DNA from: Armatimonadota bacterium
GTDB lineage: Bacteria > Sysuimicrobiota > Sysuimicrobiia > Sysuimicrobiales > Humicultoraceae
DNA: 15,343 bases
Assembly: GCA_052386995.1 (NCBI GenBank)
Contig: JBQTJP010000309.1
Span: forward strand, 1 to 15,343
Direction: 5' to 3'
The notes below the pieces were generated by a model, which made no database searches, was not told where the DNA came from, and saw only the letters and a program-made list of their open reading frames with translations. Positions 9,985 to 15,343 of the stretch are shown one piece after another. How positions within the stretch are numbered: the first letter of the stretch is position 1; the number at the start of each line of letters is the position of its first letter. The position numbers were made by a program, and so were the translations under genes.

Positions 9985-10656
9985 TCACAGCCAGAAAAGG
10001 AGGATGAAGAGATAGAGCCAGAGGCCGTCCACAAAATGCCAGTAGGTCGCCACCGGACCCACGATCGTCGCCGCGGTCTCGGCGTCGGCGCTCTGCCGGA
10101 CCTTCCACAGCGCGTAGATCAATCCCCCGACGCCGCCCACGAGATGCAGGGCGTGCGTCCCGGTGAACAGATAAAAGAACGCGCTGTGTGGATTCGTCGC
10201 CATGTAGATCCCGGCGGCGACGAGCTGACGCCAGGCAATCACTTGACCCACCAGAAACGCGATGCCCAGCGCTGTCGTCGAGGCCAGGGCGGTCTTCACC
10301 TCATCGAGCGAATCCCACCGCGCGCTGGCCCGTGTCCACTCCATCGCCACGCTGCTCATCAGGAGCACCGCGGTGTTGATCCAGAGCATCAGCGGGATGG
10401 GGCCGACGCTCCAGTCCGCGGCGTGCCGGCGGGACAGGTACGCGATCGTGAAAGCCCCAAACAGGATGCCGACCGCGCCGACCAGCAGCCAGACACCTAT
10501 CCGCGCCGGATTCACCGGAGGCCGCGCGGGCGTGGCGCCACCGCCGGGTGAGCCGGGGCCACCCCATCCCGGCGCCCCTCGCCCGGGACCCGATGGGCCG
10601 CGTGTCCCTTGCGGCTCTACTGGTGGCCGTTTGAGTGTCTGCGTCTCAGGTGGCAT
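9985..10656 (-). CDS. ctaE: Cytochrome c oxidase subunit III-like (CoxO type)
   Basis: NTAVLLMSS, GQVIAW, FFYLFTGTHALHL, YWHFVDGLWLYLF. ATG 10656 with AAGGA upstream; overlaps the subunit I stop. Confidence 0.88.
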   Translation of the reverse strand: MPPETQTLKRPPVEPQGTRGPSGPGRGAPGWGGPGSPGGGATPARPPVNPARIGVWLLVGAVGILFGAFTIAYLSRRHAADWSVGPIPLMLWINTAVLLMSSVAMEWTRASARWDSLDEVKTALASTTALGIAFLVGQVIAWRQLVAAGIYMATNPHSAFFYLFTGTHALHLVGGVGGLIYALWKVRQSADAETAATIVGPVATYWHFVDGLWLYLFILLFWL

Positions 10657-12451
10657 CGACGTCCTTCGGTCGTTCACCGGCGGCGATCGGCGACGGCGTC
10701 ACCGGGACCGTCTGCGGGATATAGTCATCCTTCGCGCCGGGTACGCTGTAGTCGTAGGGCCACCGGTGGACCTCCGGGAGCGCATGGCCCCAGTTGCCAT
10801 GAGGGGGCGGGGACTCGGCCTGCCACTCGAGCGTCGTCGCGTGCCAGGGGTTGCGCTCCGCCTTAGGACCGCGGAACGCGCTCCAGAGGAAGTTGTACGC
10901 AAAGAGGAGCTGCGCGATCCCCAGCCCGAACGCGGCGACCGAGATCATGGCGTTCAGCGGTCCTAAGTCACGGAGGTGGGCGTAGATCGTCGGCGAGTAA
11001 ATGCGGCGCATCATGCCGGCGATGCCCGCGAAGTGCATCGGAAAGAACGTGGCGTAGATGCCCACGAACGTCAGCCAGAAGTGGATCCTGCCCAACCGCT
11101 CGTTCATCATCCGGCCGAACATCTTGGGGAACCAATGGTACGTGCCCGCGAAGACCCCGAACAGCGCGGCGCTGGCCATCACGAAGTGAAAGTGGGCCAC
11201 GACGAAGAACGTGTCCTGGAGATAGATGTCCTGGGCCGGCGAGCCCAGGAAGATCCCGGTCAGGCCCCCTGTGACGAACAGCGAGACGAAGCCGATCGCG
11301 AACAGCATCGCCGATGTGAACTGGATGCGCGCCCGCCACAACGTCGCCAGCCAGTTGAAGACCTTCACCGCCGAGGGTACGGCGATAATCAGGGTCGTGA
11401 CCATGAACGCCATGCCGACCAGCGGGTGCATCCCGCTGGTGTACATGTGGTGTCCCCAGACCAAGAAGCTCAGGAAGGCGATGGCGCAGAGCGAGCCGAC
11501 CATGAAGACGTATCCGAACACCGGCTTCCGCCCATGGGTGGCCAGGACCTCTGAGACGATGCCCATCGGCGGCAGGATGAGCACGTAGACCTCCGGGTGG
11601 CCGAGAAACCAGAACAGGTGTTGCCACAGCAGCGGATTTCCCCCCGTATGCGAGAGCAGCTGGCCTCCCACGACCAGGCCAGAAGGGACGTAGAAGCTCG
11701 TGCCCGCCAGGCGGTCGAACAGGAGCAGGAGCACCGCCGCGAACAGCACCGGGAACGAGAGGAGCATGAGGATCGCGGTGACAAAGAGCCCCCAAATCGT
11801 CAGCGGCATGCGCATCAGCGACATGCCGCGGGTCCGCATGTTCAGGATCGTTGTGATGTAGTTCAATGATCCAAAGAGGAAGGCCACGATCAAGATGGCG
11901 AGGCTGATCAGCCACAGAGTCTGTCCGAGGCCCGATCCGGGCGCCGCACCCGGGACGGCACTCAACGGGGGATAGGACGTCCACCCGCCCCCGGCCGCGC
12001 CCCCGGCCACCAGAAACGACGCGAGCAGCACGACGATCGCCGGAGGATAGAGCCAGTACGACACCATGTTCAACCAGGGAAACGCCATGTCGCGCGCGCC
12101 GATCTGCAGCGGGATCAGGAAGTTGCCGAATCCACCCGAGAGGATCGTCGTCAGCACGAAGAAGATCATGATCGTGCCGTGCATTGTGATCACGGCCAGA
12201 TAGAAGTCAGGCTTCATCACACCCGACGAGGAGAAGCCGCCGGGAAACAGGAACTGCGCCCAATACCACTTCGCCCCGGGCCAGCCCAACTGCATCCGGA
12301 TGAGCATCGCGAGGAACCCACCGACCCCGGCCATGATCAACGAGGTGATCATGTACTGGATGCCGATGATCTTGTGGTCCTGACTGAAGATGTAGCGCTG
12401 CACGAAGCTGAGATGATGCTCGGCGTGCGCATGTTCGTGCGTAACAGCCAT
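10646..12451 (-). CDS. ctaD: Cytochrome c oxidase subunit I, heme-copper oxidase type A1 (CoxN-like)
   Basis: DHKIIG, TMHGTIM, RDMAFP (D-channel Asp), GWTSYPPL, WFLGHPEVY (A1 motif), WGHHM, PSAVKVF (K-channel Lys), AHFHFV, GMMRR. ATG 12451 follows GGGAGGAG. Confidence 0.97.
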   Translation of the reverse strand: MAVTHEHAHAEHHLSFVQRYIFSQDHKIIGIQYMITSLIMAGVGGFLAMLIRMQLGWPGAKWYWAQFLFPGGFSSSGVMKPDFYLAVITMHGTIMIFFVLTTILSGGFGNFLIPLQIGARDMAFPWLNMVSYWLYPPAIVVLLASFLVAGGAAGGGWTSYPPLSAVPGAAPGSGLGQTLWLISLAILIVAFLFGSLNYITTILNMRTRGMSLMRMPLTIWGLFVTAILMLLSFPVLFAAVLLLLFDRLAGTSFYVPSGLVVGGQLLSHTGGNPLLWQHLFWFLGHPEVYVLILPPMGIVSEVLATHGRKPVFGYVFMVGSLCAIAFLSFLVWGHHMYTSGMHPLVGMAFMVTTLIIAVPSAVKVFNWLATLWRARIQFTSAMLFAIGFVSLFVTGGLTGIFLGSPAQDIYLQDTFFVVAHFHFVMASAALFGVFAGTYHWFPKMFGRMMNERLGRIHFWLTFVGIYATFFPMHFAGIAGMMRRIYSPTIYAHLRDLGPLNAMISVAAFGLGIAQLLFAYNFLWSAFRGPKAERNPWHATTLEWQAESPPPHGNWGHALPEVHRWPYDYSVPGAKDDYIPQTVPVTPSPIAAGERPKDVDAT

Positions 12452-12495
12452 CGGCACGCTCCTCCCGCGCAGCGATGGAGCCGCGCGGCTTGAGC

Positions 12496-13314
12496 CTACT
12501 TCCTTTGCTGACCCAGCCAGGCGTCGAACGCCTGCTGGGATTCTACTCTTACCTTACCGCGCATGACGTAGTGTCCAACCCCGCAGAGCTCCGCGCACGC
12601 GATTTCGTAGTCCCCGGCGCGGGTCGGGACAAACCAGGTCTCTATGGTCATACCGGGCACGGCGTCCTGCTTCGTGCGAAACTGTGGGATGAAGAAGCTG
12701 TGGAGGACATCCTTGGCCCGCAGCCGCACGCGCACCGGCCGGTCCACGACCACGTGCAACTCGCGGGCGACCACGTCGTCGGCGCCGGCACGGTCGGCGG
12801 GATCCAGTCCCATCGGATTGTCACGCAGGTTGATGCGCGCCGGATCGACGCGCCCGAAGACTCCGTCGGGCCCCGGATAGCGCACGACCCAGGCGAACTG
12901 CTCACCACGGACGTCGACGACCAGCGCGTCTGGTGGCGGCGCGCCATGGATCCGGGCGAACACGACGGCCCCCATCGAGATGAGGATCACCAGGGCAATC
13001 GCCGGGACGATGGTGTACGTTAGTTCCAGCGTCCGGTTCTCGTGCCAATGGGCCGCGCGCTCGGTGCCGCGTGCCGGGTATCGCCAGATCAGCCAGGCGA
13101 GCAGCACATGGACGCCCACGTAGACCAGACCGGTGAGGACGAGGGTGATGTTGAAGAGACTGTCCACGGCCACGCCGTGAACCGATGCCACCGGCGGTAA
13201 CCACCACCGGCGCATCGAATACAGCGTGAGCCCGCCCCCGCCGAGGATCACCAGGACGGCGATCAGCAGCGCATAGATCTGTCCGGTCCGGCGATCGTCG
13301 GGACCCTGCGTCAT
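12496..13314 (-). CDS. ctaC: Cytochrome c oxidase subunit II (CuA), no fused cytochrome c (CoxM-like)
   Basis: LELTYTIVP, QFAW, DVLHSF, DAVPG and the CuA ligands in CAELCGVGHYVM. No CxxCH. The start is uncertain; ATG 13314 precedes the first hydrophobic segment. Confidence 0.93.
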   Translation of the reverse strand: MTQGPDDRRTGQIYALLIAVLVILGGGGLTLYSMRRWWLPPVASVHGVAVDSLFNITLVLTGLVYVGVHVLLAWLIWRYPARGTERAAHWHENRTLELTYTIVPAIALVILISMGAVVFARIHGAPPPDALVVDVRGEQFAWVVRYPGPDGVFGRVDPARINLRDNPMGLDPADRAGADDVVARELHVVVDRPVRVRLRAKDVLHSFFIPQFRTKQDAVPGMTIETWFVPTRAGDYEIACAELCGVGHYVMRGKVRVESQQAFDAWLGQQRK

Positions 13315-13366
13315 GCGAAGCCGCCGTGCGGCATGTGACGTGTCCAGCGCATCGTGCGCAGGAGTG

Positions 13367-13394
13367 ATTTGCCATCGCACGGGTCGAGTCCTCC
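13367..13394 (-). promoter_or_regulatory. Possible sigma-H-like promoter of the cox operon (GGAGGA-N18-AAAT)
   Basis: Minus strand reads GGAGGA ctcgacccgtgcgatggc AAAT; one mismatch to GAAT. Confidence 0.35.
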
Positions 13395-13411
13395 GCGACG
13401 CACGCGTCCCG

Positions 13412-13441
13412 TTGAGGATGACCGGGACTCGGGTGTACACT
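13412..13441 (+). promoter_or_regulatory. Putative housekeeping sigma-70 promoter (TTGAGG-N18-TACACT) for the MNT-HEPN fusion gene
   Basis: The -35 TTGAGG is at 13412-13417 and the -10 TACACT at 13436-13441, 40 nt upstream of the GTG start. Confidence 0.45.
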
Positions 13442-13481
13442 GAAGCGTGCGCGGCGGGTTCGTGGCGTGCGGAGGTCACCG

Positions 13482-14384
13482 GTGCAGGCGATCCAGGTGC
13501 TGAAGGCGTTCTTCGCGCAGCAGCGCGAGGTCGCGGCCGCCTATCTGTACGGCCGCTACTCCGATGGTCCGAGCTTCGCCGACACCGATATCGAGCTCGC
13601 GCTCGTGCTCGCAGAGACGGCCGGCGAGGACGAGATCCGAGAATATCTGGAAGGGATCTCGGGCGCCAACCCGCTCGGCAGTGAGCCGGGCATCCTGATG
13701 CCGTTCGCCCTCAACACCCACGTGCTTCCGGTCGTCTACGAGGTGCTCACGGGAGGAACGCTCCTGGTCGAGAACGATGCTCGGACGCGCGAGGCATTCG
13801 TGGGACAGGCGAACGCCCGCATGGCGGCCGAGCGCGGTGCCCTGATGGACGAGGCGAAGGAATCGATCATGCAGGCCCGGTCGCTGGGCCTGGCGGTCAC
13901 ACCGGCGAGCGGGTACATGGTCCCGCAGCCGCCCAAATATCTGGATCCGATCCGGATTGGGTGGCGGCTGGGCCGGGTCATCGCCTCGGCCGCGGTGCTG
14001 GAGGCCACGACGCGGGATCCCGAGGCGACCGCACGGGATCCAGAGCGGCTCGGTCAGGCGATCGGGTGGTTCAGCAACGCGGCGGGCGCGGCCACAGGCA
14101 TCGCCAAGGCCATGCTGAACATGTTTGACATGGAACGGCCCCCGCGCCGGTGGCAGGTCTTCTTGCCCATCGCCGATGCCGGGCTGATCACGATGGATCT
14201 CGCGCTGCACCTGGGCGCGCTGGTGGAGATGCGCTGGCAGCTCCTGACCACCGGCGGCATGGTCTCCGCCGACCGCCTGCTCGTCGGCGTGCGGGCAGGT
14301 GTTCCGCATCTCATCGCCTTCGCGCGCCAGGCCGCCTGGTATTGCGACATGCCGGGCGGACGCGGGGACGCCAAGGTCCACTGA
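13482..14384 (+). CDS. Fused minimal nucleotidyltransferase (MNT/MntA-like) and DUF86/HepT-like HEPN protein with degenerate active sites (300 aa)
   Basis: GTG 13482 with SD GGAGG at 13471-13475. N-half: VAAAYLYGR-X10-DIELAL...LNTHVLPVVYEVLTGGTLL.END..R..F. C-half: LDPIRI..RL..., IAKAML......P.....F..IADAGLITMDLA..L..LVEMRWQLL....V....L...V......L..FA, following the DUF86 helical pattern. Confidence 0.75.
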   Translation: MQAIQVLKAFFAQQREVAAAYLYGRYSDGPSFADTDIELALVLAETAGEDEIREYLEGISGANPLGSEPGILMPFALNTHVLPVVYEVLTGGTLLVENDARTREAFVGQANARMAAERGALMDEAKESIMQARSLGLAVTPASGYMVPQPPKYLDPIRIGWRLGRVIASAAVLEATTRDPEATARDPERLGQAIGWFSNAAGAATGIAKAMLNMFDMERPPRRWQVFLPIADAGLITMDLALHLGALVEMRWQLLTTGGMVSADRLLVGVRAGVPHLIAFARQAAWYCDMPGGRGDAKVH

Positions 14385-14407
14385 CCTCTCAAAGTCTCCT
14401 GACCTCC

Positions 14408-14435
14408 CCAGGAAGAGCCGCGATGGGGCGCGAAG
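14408..14435 (+). promoter_or_regulatory. Putative sigma-H-like promoter of the Nfu_N gene (CCAGGA-N18-GAAG)
   Basis: CCAGGA agagccgcgatggggcgc GAAG in the 86-nt intergenic gap. Confidence 0.5.
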
Positions 14436-14470
14436 ATCAGGGGCGTCCGTCCGGTGCCTGAGGGAAGCGC

Positions 14471-14749
14471 ATGACCGAACCGCTGCGCGTCGAGATTCAA
14501 CCGACGCCCAATGTGAACGCACTGAAGTTCGTCCTCAATCGGCGACTCACCGAGGGCCGGAGCCAGACGTTCCGGTCTCCGGAAGACGCGGCCAACCACT
14601 CGTTGGCCTCTGGGCTCTTTTCGATCCCGGGTGTCGTGCAGGTCTTCTTTCTCAACGATTTTGTGACGGTCACGCGCGACCCCGCCAAAGCGTGGGAGGA
14701 GATCGCCGGCCCCGCCGAAGCCGCGATCAAAGAGCACTTCGGCACATGA
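14471..14749 (+). CDS. Stand-alone NifU/Nfu N-terminal domain protein
   Basis: IQPTPNVNALKF, LASGLFSIPGVVQVFFLNDFVTVTR and WEEI are the Nfu_N pattern. No cysteines and no CxxC domain. Confidence 0.9.
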   Translation: MTEPLRVEIQPTPNVNALKFVLNRRLTEGRSQTFRSPEDAANHSLASGLFSIPGVVQVFFLNDFVTVTRDPAKAWEEIAGPAEAAIKEHFGT

Positions 14750-14767
14750 CGCTGTGGGGGGAGACAT

Positions 14768-15208
14768 ATGGGCCAGAAGCTGTTTGAGGTTGCGGGGGAG
14801 TGCCCGATGCCGGGGCTGCCGACCGGTGGAGATATCGCGCGGGTCGGCGAGCGACTGGAGCAGGCGCGCCGGCGCGCTCCTCAAGTCGTCCGGACGGCGG
14901 TGCAGGGTCCCGCGGCCTTCAAAGACAGGGTGTACGTTCTGGAAGGGCGCTTTGTCGTGTGGGCGGATGACGGCGAGCGTGCGGTCACGGCCATCGGGAC
15001 TCTGCTAGACGGCGCGAAGATCTCCTACCGGAGCCTGCACCTGTCAGGGCGAGCGCTGACCGACGCCGACGCGCCGCGGCCAAAGGCGGCGGCGTCCCCG
15101 CCGAAGAGCGCGCCGTCACGCAAGCCGGCCGCCGCGCGAGGCACGGCCGCTGCGCGAGGCAAGAAGAAACCCGTTCGTCAGCGGGCTCGTCCGCGACGGC
15201 GACGCTGA
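14768..15208 (+). CDS. Hypothetical protein with K/R/A/P-rich basic C-terminal tail
   Basis: SD GGGGGAG before the ATG. ~95-aa globular-looking domain followed by PRPKAAASPPKSAPSRKPAAARGTAAARGKKKPVRQRARPRRRR. Confidence 0.75.
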   Translation: MGQKLFEVAGECPMPGLPTGGDIARVGERLEQARRRAPQVVRTAVQGPAAFKDRVYVLEGRFVVWADDGERAVTAIGTLLDGAKISYRSLHLSGRALTDADAPRPKAAASPPKSAPSRKPAAARGTAAARGKKKPVRQRARPRRRR

Positions 15209-15214
15209 GCCGGT

Positions 15215-15343
15215 TTAGACCTCGGCGTCGACCCAGGCAGGGTTTTCCAGTAGCTGCTTGAGGTCGCCCAGAAACATGGCCGCCTCCGCGCCGTCAGTCA
15301 CGCGGTGATCGGCCGAGAGCGTCACCTGCATGATCGTGGCCAC
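15215..15343 (-). CDS. Dihydrolipoamide acyltransferase (E2 of a 2-oxoacid dehydrogenase complex), 3' end only
   Basis: Manual translation gives [42 protein letters not shown], with the catalytic DHRxxDG motif. TAA at 15217-15215. Confidence 0.93.
   Translation of the reverse strand: MATIMQVTLSADHRVTDGAEAAMFLGDLKQLLENPAWVDAEV

Noticed and set aside
13334..13380. TGTGA and GTGA-N7-TCGC as CRP/FNR/Rex boxes upstream of cox
   Set aside because: The half-sites are incomplete or the spacing is wrong.
14381..14441. CTGACCTC direct repeat and an imperfect CCTGA/TCAGG, CCCCA/TGGGG stem
   Set aside because: Short and imperfect, with no recognisable ncRNA or terminator features.

Overview
High-GC bacterial chromosomal segment, mostly housekeeping. 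It contains: (1) an aspartate-family operon hom-thrC-lysC with no thrB, where lysC carries a nested beta-subunit start; (2) a SigB/SigF-like sigma factor that lacks the sigma-3 domain; (3) a decayed acetyl-CoA synthetase (acs) with a TGG->TGA nonsense codon and a ~1.2 kb internal deletion/frameshift; (4) an amidase-signature enzyme, an EthD-family protein and a CtaA-CtaB heme A/heme O synthase fusion; (5) a convergent A1-type cytochrome c oxidase operon of coxMNOPQ layout (II, I, two subunit III halves, IV); (6) divergent from it, a single-chain MNT-HEPN (MntA/HepT-like) fusion with both catalytic motifs degenerate, followed by a stand-alone Nfu_N protein, a hypothetical protein with a basic tail and the 3' end of a 2-oxoacid dehydrogenase E2. 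The most notable observations are the apparently catalytically dead MNT-HEPN fusion, a recurrent AGGA-N17/18-GAA (sigma-H-like) element upstream of four to five transcription units, and the sigma-3-less SigB-like sigma factor. All family assignments come from motif recognition by eye; no searches were run.
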